Made by a program: the position numbers and the translations under genes. DNA of 64,000 bases from Somniosus microcephalus (Eukaryota): assembly GCA_052327205.1 (NCBI GenBank), contig CM126232.1:25420001-25484000 (forward strand), in the 5' to 3' direction. Positions 37,393 to 50,199 of this stretch are shown here, in pieces. The notes under the pieces were generated by a model. It did no database searches. It was not told where the DNA came from and worked only from the letters and a program-made list of their open reading frames with translations. Within the stretch, counting starts at the first letter, position 1. Every line of letters starts with the position of its first letter.

Positions 37393-37950
37393 TCTACAGG
37401 AACATACACACAGTGTTGCCACACATACAGCAGTCTGCGGGGAGAGTAATCTACAGGAACATACACACAGCGTTGCCACACATACAGCAGTCTGCAGGGA
37501 GAGTAATCTACAGGAACATACACACAGCGTTGCCACACATACAGCAGTCTGTGGGGAGAGTAATCTACAGGAACATACACAGCGTTGTCACACATACAGC
37601 AGTCTGTGGGGAGAGTAATCTACAGGAACATACACAGCGTTGTCACACATACAGCAGTCTGTAGGGAGAGTAATCTACAGGAACATACACACAGCGTTGC
37701 CACACATACAGCAGTCTGTGGGGAGAGTAATCTACAGGAACATACACAGCGTTGTCACACATACAGCAGTCTGTAGGGAGAGTAATCTACAGGAACATAC
37801 ACACAGCGTTGCCACACATACAGCAGTCTGTGGGGAGAGTAATCTACAGGAACATACACAGCGTTGTCACACATACAGCAGTCTGTAGGGAGAGTAATCT
37901 ACAGGAACATACACAGTGTTGTCTGTAGGGTCAGTAATCTCCAGGAACAC
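37393..37950. repeat. Minisatellite, 55/57-bp units (ggagagtaatctacaggaacatacacag..)
   Basis: About 10 units, decaying further to about 38160. Confidence 0.95.
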
Positions 37951-38197
37951 ACCATTAACAGCAGGATCTCTCTCCCTCACACACACACACACACACACAA
38001 GACCTATAGAATCAGTAATCTACTGGGGTAAGCACATTAAGCCGCCTGCAATCACTGAGTGATACTTGCAGTAATCGGCAGGAGCATACAGACACACGGC
38101 ATTATCTGTAGAATCGATAATGTAGAGGGGCGAACACATTGATGTCTGTATCGGTAATCTCGGTTTAGAGTTCCACTGCGTAAGCATTTGGACTTAC

Positions 38198-38373
38198 TTT
38201 GCAACCCATGATCTTTTTCACCTCATCATCGGGCGTTGTTGGGGTCGTGGCAAGGTCTGGATTGCTGTTGCTGATGCTCTTTGAGCGAGATAGGTTCAGG
38301 CTGCTAGGCCTGGTAGTGGCACGAGACAGGGTGGCGTACTGAATGGGGCCTCCATATGAGGGGCTGTTTGGTC
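38198..38373 (-). CDS. DOCK6: DOCK6 exon GPNSPSYGGPIQYATLSR...SRSKSISNSNPDLA...IMGCK
   Basis: 176 nt, cag/gtaagt. Confidence 0.93.
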
Positions 38374-38504
38374 CTGCAAAAGGAGAATAAATCAATATGC
38401 AGGATTGGCTAGTCACTTGAGTTTGTTTTGTGTATTGGTAACAATGCAATGTCGAAAAAGTTATACATAAGCAACACACTTTAACGTGCCATTCATCCCC
38501 TCCA

Positions 38505-38888
38505 AGGATTGAGCACAAAATCTAGGCCGACACTCCCAGTACAGTACTGAGGTGCTGCGCTGTTGGAGGTGCCGCCTTTCATTAAACTGAGGCCCTGTCT
38601 GCCCTCTCAGCTGGACGTAAAAGATCCCATGCCACGATGTTGAAGAGGAGCAGGGGCGATCTCCCGTGTCCTGGGCCAATATTTATCCCTCAACCAACAC
38701 CTAAAAACAGGTTCTCTGGTCGTTATCACATTGCTGTTTGTGGGAGCTTGCTGTGCGCAAATTGGCTGTCGCGTTTCCTACATTACAACAGTGGTACACT
38801 TCAAAAAGTACTTCATTGGCTGTAAAGCGCTTTGGGACGTCCCGAGGTCGTGAAAGGCGCTATAGAAATGCAAGTATTTCTTTCTTTT
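38505..38888 (+). mobile_element. SacSINE1-like DeuSINE, 5'-truncated
   Basis: Colinear with 28958-29343. Confidence 0.88.
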
Positions 38889-39526
38889 CAAATTGCTCCC
38901 ACCATTAGTGACAGACCTGTAACCACCAGTTCTTCATCTTAAAGCTGTGCACTTCAAAATGTTCTCTCCAGACACAAAACCAGATTGGAAGGCCAAAATC
39001 TGTCAGCTTGGCTCAACGTCAGCAGTCTTACCCCGTGACAGAAGATGGTGGTTCTGAGTTCCCCCACCAACTCTAGGACTTCCGAGTGCATAATCTATGC
39101 TAATACTTCAGTGCAAAGGGGGGGGAAAAAAAAGACTTTCATTTTATACAGTGCCTCTCAGAGATTTCTCAAACCACTCACATACGAGAAGTGTTCAACG
39201 CCACCATGCTAGAGCAACTAGGGGCAAAACATGGGGCTGTGAGCATCACCCACAAGAACAACTTGCATTTATATAGCACCTTTAACGTAGTAAAACATCC
39301 CAAGGAGCTTTATAGCAACATTAAACAAAATTTGACACCGTGCCACATAGGGAGATATACGGACAGATGGCCAAAAGCTTGGTCAAAGAGGTAGGTTTTA
39401 AAGAACGAGGAGAGGTTTAGGAAGGGAACTCCAGAGCTTAGGGACTAGGCAGCTCAAGACACGGCCAGAGAACAAAAAGAATTGCAGTGCAGTGACCTTT
39501 AGCAGCCATTTGGTGCACAGGATCCC

Positions 39527-40516
39527 ATAAACATAGAAACATAGAAGATAGGAGCAGGAGTAGGCCATTCGGCCCCTCGAGCCTGCTCCGCCATTTAATG
39601 AGATCATGGCTGATCATCCAAACTCAGTACCCTGTCTCTGCCTTCTCCCCATATCCCTTGATCCCTTTAGTCTTGAAATATATCTAACTCCTTCGTGAAT
39701 ATATTTAATGAATTAGCCTCAACTGTCTTCTGTGGTAGAGAATTCCACAGGTTCACCACTCTCTGGGTGAAGAAATTCCTCCTCATCTCTGTCCTAAATG
39801 GCTTACCCATTATCCTTAGACTGTGACCCCTGGTTCTGGACTCCCCCGCCATCGGGAACATCCTTCCTGCATCTAGTCTGTCGAGTCCTGTTAGAATTTT
39901 ACAAGTTTCAATGAGATCCCCTCTCATTCTTCTAAACTCCAGCACGGTGGCATAGTGGTTAGCACTGTTGCCTCACAGCACCAGGGACCCGGGTTCGAAT
40001 CCGGCCTCGGGTGACTGTCTGTGTGGAGTTTGCACATTCTTCCCGTGTTTGCGTGGGTTTTCTCCAGGTGCTCCGGTTTCCTCCCACAGTCCAAAGATGT
40101 GCGGGTTAGGTTGATTGGCTATGATAAATTGACCCTTAGTGTTAGGGGGATTAAATACGGGGATAGGGTGGGATATGTGTTGGTGTAGGGGTTACAGGGA
40201 TCGGGTGGGATATGTGTCGGTGCAGGCTCGATGGGCCGAAATGGCCTCTATCTGCACTGTGGGGTTTCTGTGATTCTGTGATCTGTGAATATAAGCCTAA
40301 TCGACCCAATCTCTCCTCATACGTCATTCCTGCCATCCCAGGTATCAGTCTGGTGAATCTTCGCTGCACTCCCTCCATGACAAGAACATCCTTCCTCAGA
40401 TAAGGCGACCAAAACTGCACACAATACTCAAGGTGTGGTCTCACCAAGGCTCTGTACAACTGCAGCAAGACATCCTTGCTCCTGTACTCGAATCCTCTCG
40501 CTATGAAGGCCAACAT
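39527..40516 (-). mobile_element. CR1 LINE 3' fragment interrupted by an HE1 SINE
   Basis: LYRALVRPHLEYCVQFWSPYL.. continues across the insert into LEFRRMRGDLIET. Confidence 0.9.
39941..40284 (+). mobile_element. HE1-type V-SINE (shark/ray)
   Basis: gcacggtggcatagtggttagc..ggttcgaatcc head; V domain gtgtggagtttgcacattct..ctccggtttcctcccacagtccaaagatgtgc; CR1-like tail. Confidence 0.9.
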
Positions 40517-42555
40517 ATGAGCACCAATGAGGTGGATGACCAATCAAAATGTTTTTGGTAGTGTTGGTTGAGGGAGGACATGTTTCCCAGGAGAATTCCC
40601 TGATCTTCAAATAGTGCCATAGGATCTTTAACAACCACCTAAAACACTGCAACAGGCTTAATGTCTCATCTAAAGACTGGCGCCTCTGGCAATCCAACAC
40701 TCCTTCAACATGACACTGAAGTGTCAGCCTAGATTGTGTGTTTAACTCCCTCGAGCAAGGTTTGGAATAGAAGGCAGTGTCAGAGGTGCTGTCAATCGGT
40801 TGAGATGCAAACTAAGGTCCTGTTTGCCTGTCCAAGTGGACAATAAAACAGCCGAAATGGGCAGATGGCAGGGTTGGTATTCTGCAAGCATAAGATCAAA
40901 TGGGCGAAACAGCTTCTGCATCCGAACCCATCTTGCAATCTATAATCATACGTAATCAGAGGTATTTTCACAGTGCAAATGGACACGTGATAAAAATTTC
41001 ACACATCCACAGTTACACGTCATTGAGATCCTTGTCACAACATTACAGGAATTCCAATTTTCGGGCATGCTGAAAGCAGGATACTACTACAATGTGTCCA
41101 GGTTATAATACTTCTTATATATAGAAATAATAATGGGTGCCCAGGAATAGCTGAAGGCTCAATAATCTAACTATGATGCCATAAACCACAGGAATGTTAG
41201 CACTCGTAGCCAAAAGATAAAATGATTGCCTTGAATACAAGAAGTGAATTTATTCAGCTGGAGGCCGTATTTTTGCCAACAGATAACAGTGTTGCCAATT
41301 GCCATTTAGCTGTTGAGCACTTTTTATTTATTTATGTAACTAAAGCAGGCATTGCATTATCTGATGAATCATTTAGGCCTGAAAATGCGCACGAGAAGCA
41401 AAATGTAATGTTTCTATGTTACTGCAGTAAGTGAGAAAATGATTAATTATTTATATATGATCAACTTATTGTTATTTCTTTTTTCATCGAAAAATATCAT
41501 GGGATGTCTGCGAGTTCAGGGGGCCTGAAATGACCGACCATGGTCCTTTTGGGTACCCAAGATCCAGGGTAGTGTGAGCACGGACCCGTCAGTTAGCCAA
41601 CCTTTGTTACACCCACAGAACACTTCTGCTACTGCCTGATCAGACCGTTAACAAAGCTCTTCGCTGCTAGTTTGCACGCGTGTCATTTGCCCAGTGGGGA
41701 CACGTCACAACCGGTGCAACCTTATCTTGACCAATCCCATCCTCAGTGGCCAGTTACAGCAACATCTAAATCAATTGCGTACCAAAGCTAAAATAAACTC
41801 CCCCATACAAGTCGAAAATGAAATTCAAGTTCACTTTTTGACAATAGATGAAGATAATTTTATAACTTAGAGGAATACAATTACTGAAATAACAACGTCC
41901 TTAACGGCCATTGCCTGTCAAACGTGCAGAGTTGCTCCCGGATCTTAGTGACATCGATGCCCGAGTGAAGTGGATATAGCTTGAATATAATTTGGGCTCT
42001 CTGCACTAGCGTATTGAAAAATAACTTGGAATGCACTGTCAGGGAAGTTCATGGCCAATGCACTGCAAGCGGTTTGTAATGTTCAGTTTCTTGATGTTAA
42101 ATCGCATTCCATTAAAAGCTGTACTACGCACCTGCCTGAAGCACTCATAACTTTTGTTTTCAAGGTTTACTTCTTGGGCTGCGAAAAATTAATCCAGATT
42201 GTGTGTACACGTACGCACGCACAGCACAGGCACACAAGTCCATCTCCTGTAGCGTCGCATGTGCATTCTTCAGGTGAAATGGGGTTTCGAGGACAGAGAT
42301 TATTGGTCCAGGGAGTGCACATGTAAATTCAGTCCTTATTTCAAAGTCAGACATTCGGCCCTTATTTTTATATTTCCATTATAAATTCCTGGTCCATGTT
42401 TAATAATGGATACTTCAAGTGCATATTGTAGGCTTAGGTTCTCACTGAACGGACTAAAATGATCTCGATTGTACGGAGGCGAGTGTTTCTCAATAGCCAG
42501 TAGTAATTTGCCCATTATGCCTGAACAAGCGCAGCATGCAGTTAGTTATACATAC

Positions 42556-42720
42556 CAGGGAACTGAGGACAGTGGTCAGTGTCTGGAAGATGGAACATAT
42601 AGTATATATAGGATACCAGCAGACTGTTGTGTCCATGCTGATCTTGATTTCCTTCCAAATTCTTGTGGATCTGATTGACGAGCTGAGCCATTGCCTCAAA
42701 AGCAGCTCGACCCAGGTTTA
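42556..42720 (-). CDS. DOCK6: DOCK6 exon [31 protein letters not shown]...PQFP
   Basis: 165 nt, cag/gtatgt. Confidence 0.93.
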
Positions 42721-43164
42721 CTGAAATATAAAAATTCAGAGGCTTTATCTTGATTTCTAAGTTCCTACGGAGTGAAATCATGCTGTTTGATATCAGCATG
42801 GGACTATGTTAATGTGCTGCTTTGAAATGCCTCTGTCTAACTCATTTATGAAGAGTTTAACCTTTAATTAAAACTGCAAAGATTGCGTGCTGATATGGTA
42901 CAGTGTGATTTCACCCCACTCGAGCCTTTAAAACGGCCTCAGCAACTCTCAGATCATCACTGCACGTGGAAACTCATCCAGGTCGTATAGCACTTGGTAG
43001 AATTTGAATGCTCCAGTGCGTGGGATTCACCAGCCCTTACTTTCATTGCAAGGTTTTTGTCAGTGTGACCTTGGTACAAACCGAATTGTGACACGAACAG
43101 CAATGGTCTTCGATTCAGGCCTTCCACTAGATTAATCAGCTGTGATGATACTTTAAGAGTCCAA

Positions 43165-43510
43165 GGAGGAAAAATTTGGTTGCTTTGTGCCTCCCATTAG
43201 CACCTTAAGAGGGCGCAAAGCAACGAGCGCCCGGGTGCGGCGATGTTTGCGCCACTCGCAAAACTGACCAGACATTTTGCGGCAGCGCTAAACTCTACCG
43301 CCACGATCTCCTGCACCCGCAGATCGTGACGTTAGTCAAGCGTGCAACGCCCCGGACCGGATATTGAGTGGCGCCCCCTGCCTTACCGCCTGCCGCTAGC
43401 AATGACAGGTTGAGGGGAGCGTTTTGCAGTTGGAAAGGGACTGGGAGAGCGCTATTTAAAGGCGACACTTCCTGTCTTTTTTTGTCGGCGACATTTTTGC
43501 ACCACGCATT

Positions 43511-43545
<35 letters not shown>

Positions 43546-44035
43546 CTGGAGAGATTCAATGCTGTGTGTAGGAGTTTTGGGTACTGTGCTGCACTTTGCA
43601 GGTTCATTTTGATTTGTCCTTCCTTGCATTGATTTAGAAGAGAGTATGGGGGCTGCACTCTGAGCTCTTTCCCTGGGTCTCTTCATTGTTCTTTCCAGCA
43701 GAATTGATGTACAGGTCTGTCCAGGCCGAGTTTCAAGGCTGCAATGAGCAGGGTGTGGCTGGAGAGCAAGATCGACCCTCCCCTTTAAGAACTGGCCGGC
43801 GCCAGTGTGTCTGTGTTCCATTGCTGACTGACATCACATGAGCTTCGCCCGCGCATCGCTCCTCGGCGTTAGCGCCTTAAGAGAGGTGTGTAGCGCCTGA
43901 TTTAGCGCTCCAATCACCTCCAGGGTCGATAGAAGTCAAGTTTGCAGTCGGAGGCGATAATTAGCGCCAGGTGCTAAACTTTGTGCCCGGCCGATAATTG
44001 TGCCCCAAACGGGGCGACACCGAATTTCTCCCCCC
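43165..44035. mobile_element. GC-rich non-autonomous TIR element (ttagcgcc family) with internal (GA)n
   Basis: ggaggaaaaatttggt / accgaatttctccccc ends; arms similar to 47963-48655. Confidence 0.75.
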
Positions 44036-44314
44036 GTCTTTTTATAAAATCTTTTTTGTGAAATTAACCTGGTAACAGCCAGAATCCTGATCAGAGCCCC
44101 CAATTTTAGCCCCCTTTCTGAGGCCTGTTGCCGAGATGGGATATTTCAGCATTTGGCTGTGGTCTCCCACCAGCTTCTGCTGCTCCCATAAATGCTCTTG
44201 TGTTTCATTACTTTACAATTGATGAAAACTCCACCAAGTTTTTAGAGACGTTTTCTGTGGAAGAATAAATGAGGAGCAGCTCACGCTGACTTCAGAGGGA
44301 AAGCCTGCTCGTAC

Positions 44315-44546
44315 CTATTTGCCCGCTGATAACTGGAGGCCGCACGATTAGGAGGATGAGTTTGTTGAGGACATGGTGCACGAAGCGAAGCAGCGGCTCC
44401 ATCCTCGCTGACCGCAAGTTGGTTATGCTGGCCTTCAACTCGGTCTCCACGTTATTCTCCGAGATGATCACATCCTTCAGCCGAAAAGGGAACGAATACT
44501 CCTCCAGAACGTGCACCAGAGTGAAAAACTTATCCAGAAATTGGTC
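44315..44546 (-). CDS. DOCK6: DOCK6 exon [25 protein letters not shown]...RPPVISGQI
   Basis: 232 nt, tag/gtacga. Confidence 0.95.
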
Positions 44547-44786
44547 CTAAGGATAAAAGCAGAATGGCTGGTTAGACAAGCAGTATGCAGAAATCTTGCA
44601 ATTAATCCTCCAAGCATGGAGGGCCCTTCACTGTTTTGATGTCATGCACTTTTCTCACTTTCCCTGCGCCAGATTAGAGAAACTGAGGAGGGAATGGCTA
44701 GTACCATCATCACTCTGGTGTTCCCCATAGCCTCATATATATGCGTTTTCCCCCCCACCAAATGTCCTCCTCCCTCCTCTGGCGAA

Positions 44787-46140
44787 AGCTCCTGGTCAGG
44801 GCATGGTTCCACAGCTCCTGGTCAGGGCATGGTTCCACAGCTCCTGGTCAGGACATGGTTCCACAGCTCCTGGTCAGGACATGGTTCCACAGCTCCTGGT
44901 CAGGACATGGTTCCACAGCTCCTGGTCAGGACATGGTTCCACAGCTCCTGGTCAGGACATGGTTCCACAGCTCCTGGTCAGGACATGGTTCCACAGCTCC
45001 TGGTCAGGGCATGGTTCCACAGCTCCTGGTCAGGGCATGGTTCCACAGCTCCTGGTCAGGGCATGGTTCCACAGCTCCTGGTCAGGGCATGGTTCCACAG
45101 CTCCTGGTCAGGGCATGGTTCCACAGCTCCTGGTCAGGGCATGGTTCCACAGCTCCTGGTCAGGGCATGGTTCCACAGCTCCTGGTCAGGGCATGGTTCC
45201 ACAGCTCCTGGTCAGGGCATGGTTCCACAGCTCCTGGTCAGGGCATGGTTCCACAGCTCCTGTTCAGGGCATGGTTCCACAGCTCCTGGTCAGGGCATGG
45301 TTCCACAGCTCCTGGTCAGGGCATGGTTTCACAGCTCCTGGTCAGAACATGGTTCCACAGCTCCTGGTCAGGACATGGTTCCACAGCTCCTGGTCAGGAC
45401 ATGGTTCCACAGCTCCTGGTCAGGACATGGTTCCACAGCTCCTGGTCAGGACATGGTTCCACAGCTCCTGGTCAGGACATGGTTCCACAGCTCCTGGTCA
45501 GGGCATGGTTCCACAGCTCCTGGTCAGGGCATGGTTCCACAGCTCCTGGTCAGGGCATGGTTCCACAGCTCCTGGTCAGGACATGGTTTCACAGCTCCTG
45601 GTCAGGGCATGGTTCCACAGCTCCTGGTCAGGACATGGTTCCACAGCTCCTGGTCAGAACATGGTTCCACAGCTCCTGGTCAGGACATGGTTCCACAGCT
45701 CCTGGTCAGGACATGGTTCCACAGCTCCTGGTCAGGACATGGTTCCACAGCTCCTGGTCAGGACATGGTTCCACAGCTCCTGGTCAGGACATGGTTCCAC
45801 AGCTCCTGATCAGGACATGGTTCCACAGCTCCTGGTCAGGGCATGGTTCCACAGCTCCTGGTCAGGGCATGGTTCCACAGCTCCTGGTCAGGACATGGTT
45901 TCACAGCTCCTGGTCAGGGCATGGTTCCACAGCTCCTGGTCAGGACATGGTTCCACAGCTCCTGGTCAGGACATGGTTCCACAGCTCCTGATCAGGACAT
46001 GGTTCCACAGCTCCTGGTCAGGACATGGTTCCACAGCTCCTGGTCAGGACATGGTTCCACAGCTCCTGGTCAGGACATGGTTCCACAGCTCCTGGTCAGG
46101 GCATGGTTCCACAGCTCCTGGTCAGGCCATGGTTCCACAG
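44787..46140. repeat. Minisatellite, 26-bp unit agctcctggtcagg(g/a)catggttccac, about 52 copies
   Basis: Direct inspection. Confidence 0.98.
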
Positions 46141-46551
46141 GTGCCAGTTATCCTTTTGTAACCCCCCAGAAAGACCTTTATCATGTGTGATCGTGGACAC
46201 TGAATGTTGACGGACTGTTCAACTGTGGGGGTCATCACAGCTGACCCACTCCTGCCTTCCACACATATGCACTTACAACAAGGGTCACTGGATAATGAGG
46301 CTCAGGTCAATTTTCCCTTCACTAACCCAGGGAGCGCTGCTCTCAACTGGAGTGGCCCATGCTGCCACCTTGGCTGAGATCAGCTGACTCTGTAGGGCCT
46401 GGGATCAAACCCAGCACCTCCCTTGTTTGTACGGCTCACCCTATTCACTCAGCCAAGGTGTGAGTATTTTTTTTGTTGAGAATACCAGGTGAAGGGTCAA
46501 GGCCAAGTGCAAGGGTCAAGGCCAAGTGCAAGAAAACAATAATGCAGGGAG

Positions 46552-47790
46552 AAGGAAGGGCAGGTACTTAGGAGAAGTGATGGGGAAGGTAGGAGGGGCG
46601 ATGGGGTAGGTAGGTAGGAGGGCGATGGGGAAGGTAGGTGGGGGGGGGTGATGGGGAAGGTAGGTAGGGGGGGCGATGGGGAAGGGAGGTAGGAGGGGCG
46701 ATGGGGAAGGGAGGTGGGAGGGGCGATGGGAAGGGTGGAGGGAGGGCGATGGGAAGGGAGGAGGGGCGTTGGGGAAGGGAGGGAGGAGGGGCGATGGGGA
46801 AGGGAGGGAGGAGGGGCGATGGGGAAGGGAGGGAGGAGGGGCGATGGGGAAGGGAGGGAGGAGGGGCGATGGGGAAGGGAGGGAGGAGGGGCGATGGGGA
46901 AGGGAGGGAGGAGGGGCGATGGGGAAGGGAGGGAGGAGGGGCGATGGGGAAGGGAGGGAGGAGGGGCGATGGGGAAGGGAGGGAGGAGGGGCGATGGGGA
47001 AGGGAGGGAGGAGGGGCGATGGGGTAGGGAGGGAGGAGGGGCGATGGGGAAGGGAGGGAGGGGGGGCGATGGGGAAGGGAGGGAGGAGGGGCGATGGGGA
47101 AGGGAGGGAGGAGGGGCGATGGGGAAGGGAGGGAGGAGGGGCGATGGGGAAGGGAGGGAGGAGGGGCGATGGGGAAGGGAGGGAGGAGGGGCGATGGGGA
47201 AGGGAGGGAGGAGGGGCGATGGGGAAGGGAGGGAGGAGGGGCGATGGGGAAGGGAGGAGGGGCGATGGGGAAGGGAGGAGGGGCGATGGGGAAGGGAGGA
47301 GGGGCGATGGGGAAGGGAGGCGGGGCGATGGGGAAGGGAGGCGGGGCGATGGGGAAGGGAGGCGGGGCGATGGGGAAGGGAGGAGGGGCGATGGGGAAGG
47401 GAGGAGGGGCGATGGGGAAGGGAGGAGGGGCGATGGGGAAGGGAGGAGGGGCGATGGGGAAGGGAGGAGGGGCGATGGGGAAGGGAGGAGGGGCGATGGG
47501 GAAGGGAGGAGGGGCGATGGGGAAGGGAGATGGGGCGATGGGGAAGGGAGGTGGGAGGGGCGATGGGGAAGGGAGGAGGGGCGATGGGGAAGGGAGGAGG
47601 GGCGATGGGGAAGGGAGGAGGGGTGATGGGGAAGGGAGGCGGGGCGATGGGGTAGGTAGGCGGGGCGATGGGGAAGGGAGGTCGGGGGGGCGATGGGGTA
47701 GGTAGGTAGGAGGGGCGATGGGGAAGGTAGGTAGGAGGGGTGATGGGGAAGGTAGGAGGGAGGGGAGAGGCAGGTAGGAGAGTGAGGGGT
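46552..47790. repeat. Purine-rich minisatellite, 25-bp then 21-bp units (ggggaaggg[aggg]aggaggggcgat)
   Basis: Direct inspection; explains the Pro-rich and Gly/Arg-rich ORFs. Confidence 0.97.
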
Positions 47791-47962
47791 AGGAGCGAGC
47801 AGGAAGGTTGCCATATTTGGTGCTTAGGAGGATCAAAATAACAAGAGTTCAGAGGGGCACTATCCACAGTGTGTCATCAAAATAGCAACAAGTTAGCAGA
47901 GAAGGTGTGGGCGTGCCATTCCAAATCAGAATACACAGGGGCTGGGAATGTTAATAGACCAT

Positions 47963-48655
47963 GGCCTAAAAATTCGGTTGCTTTGCGCCTCCCTAAGAGG
48001 GCGCTAACAGGGCGCAAAGCAACTAGCGCCTGGGCACGGCGTCACCAACACCTCCCGCAAAATTCAGCGGGAGGTTAGCGGCAGCGGTAACCGTTAGCGC
48101 CCCGCGGCGCGTCATCGCCGTGCGCAACGCCCCACTCGCGATTTTCGGTAGCGCCCCCTGACCTACTGCCAGACGCTATGTCCGACGCAGTCAGGGGGCC
48201 TATCTGTGGCCGGGCGGCGCTAATTAAAGGCGAGGTGCCGGGCGACCATTTTTGTTGCTGGCCGCCTGCCAGCACCTGCCCCCCGTTGCCGTCCCCGGCC
48301 TCCTGACCAGTGCCCCTGTGGAGTGCCGGCTGCGCTCCGTGAGCCCGGCACTTCTCTTGAATGCCGGGCTCTTTTGTCGGTACTCCGATCCCTGGTGGCC
48401 CAGCTGGGCCCTGGGTCGCGCTGCACAAGGGCCCTCCCCTTTAAGGAGGGGAGGAAGGCCTGCAGTACCGCAGCGCAACGTGCAGCGCTGCGATATTCCC
48501 TCTCAGCGCTCCAAGAGGGAGGCGAGGTGTTTCCAGTAGCACCCCGCTTCCCTCTTGGGGTGCTACCGATGAATTTCGGTCGCGGGGGCGCTAATTTTTT
48601 CGGGGCGCTCCGGCGAATTTAGTGCCCCAAAGGGGCCGCGACTCAATTTTCCCCC
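47963..48655. mobile_element. GC-rich non-autonomous TIR element (ttagcgcc family), Harbinger-like
   Basis: Imperfect TIRs; CAT on both sides; empty site preserved in local duplicate at 49020-49040. Confidence 0.85.
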
Positions 48656-49076
48656 CATAAGTTCAGAATAATTCCAGGTCTCTGTATGCTCCCCTCATTC
48701 AAAGAATCACACAGCACAGAAGGAGGCCATTCAGCCCATCGTGCCTGTGCCAGCTCTTAGGAATGGACAGAGAAGAATAGAGCTGAGGGCAGGGCCACTT
48801 TCAGCCAAAAAGCTTTGTCCTCTAGCTCATCTAGAAGCGACAGGTGTTAGAACACGTCCCTAGATTCGAGAGCTGTGTACAAGTCTCGAGTGGACTTGGG
48901 CTTTAAAGAGAGTGAGTTTTTGAGGGAAGAAGGGAGACTGAGCTTCTCGAAAGCACTGCTAGCAGAGGAGAAGGTGTGGGTGTGCCATGCCTAATCAGGA
49001 TATACAGGGGCTGGGAATGTTAATAGGCCATAAGTTCAGAATAATTCCAGGTCTCTGTATGCTCCCCTCATTCAAA

Positions 49077-49350
49077 GAATCATACAGCACAGAAGGCGGC
49101 CATTTGGTCCACCGTGCCTGTGCCAGCACTTTGAGAAAGAGCTCTCCAATTAGTCCCACTCCCCTGCTCTGTCCCCATAGTCCGACAAATGTTTCCCCTT
49201 CAAGTATTTATCCAATTTCCTTTTGAAAGTTACTATTGAATCTGCTTCCAGCACCCTTTCAGGGAGTGCATTCCAGATCATAAGTACTCGCTGTGCAAAC
49301 AAATGCTTCCTCATGTCGCCTCTGGTTCTTTTGCTAATTACCTTGAGTCT
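49077..49350 (-). mobile_element. CR1 LINE 3' end
   Basis: MRKHLFAQRVLMIWNALPERV..FKRKLDKYLK. Confidence 0.85.
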
Positions 49351-49883
49351 GCTTTCAATTCCAGGTGAAATTACTCCCAGAAGAGGCATGGTTCACTTCT
49401 TGATACAATCCAGAGTTTGTACTTCTGCCATGTTTGTGCATTCCGCCTGAAGCTAAATAAACATTGGGAGCAGAGATGGTTCCAGGTGCTGCTCCCAGCT
49501 GAGTTTACTGTGTTACAAGGGCCAGTTTGAGGGGCAATAAAACAATAACAGCTCCGAATGGCCTATACGGGTTACACAGCCTTGTCGATGGCAAGAGTAT
49601 ATAATAACGGTAATCTTCATTCAGGGGATTTTGTGACAGTACTGCCTTAGAACCTCTTCAACAACATTGTTGTAAAAGATCACAGTGGTCTGGCATTTAC
49701 TCTCCTGCTCCCTTGGACACTGAAAATTGCCTGCATTTACAAACGCTGTGTCTGCTCAGCCAGATTGTCTTGCGAGCTAGAAATTTCTGGCCAAAATGCC
49801 TCTTTCAAAAGGGTGCTGAGTTTTGCCAGAGTGGTTTGGAGAGCTTACAGGGTTGCAGGCTCGCCCAAGCAAGGTGCACGTAC

Positions 49884-49970
49884 CTGGGTATGGACTGATG
49901 ATGCTGCCAATACTTCCACATTAAAAACTCCTTTGTGGTTGTCGACCCACTTCATACCAGGCAGCTGGAC
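49884..49970 (-). CDS. DOCK6: DOCK6 exon [29 protein letters not shown] (end of DHR-1)
   Basis: 87 nt, tag/gtacgt. Confidence 0.95.
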
Positions 49971-50199
49971 CTATTGAAAGAGAAATTAAAAGGAAGACAT
50001 TTATAAACATATAGATTCGATCACAGGCATTTCTCAGACGTCTACAGGACCCACGGCAAGAACTGATCATTTAAAAACAGCCCCTTGTGCGGTACCTGGT
50101 CGCCTGTACTAGGAAGTCTGCATTGTCCCGTAAACCACACATTCCATAGTTTCCTCTGTAAGTCAGTTCTCCAACTATACTAATAGCAAAATACTGCGG

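Noticed and set aside
39941-40010. tRNA gene
   Set aside because: A/B boxes belong to the head of an HE1 SINE; the same applies to the DeuSINE heads.
44694-47867. Long 200-450 aa ORFs
   Set aside because: Translations of 26-, 25- and 21-bp tandem repeats, open in several frames at once.
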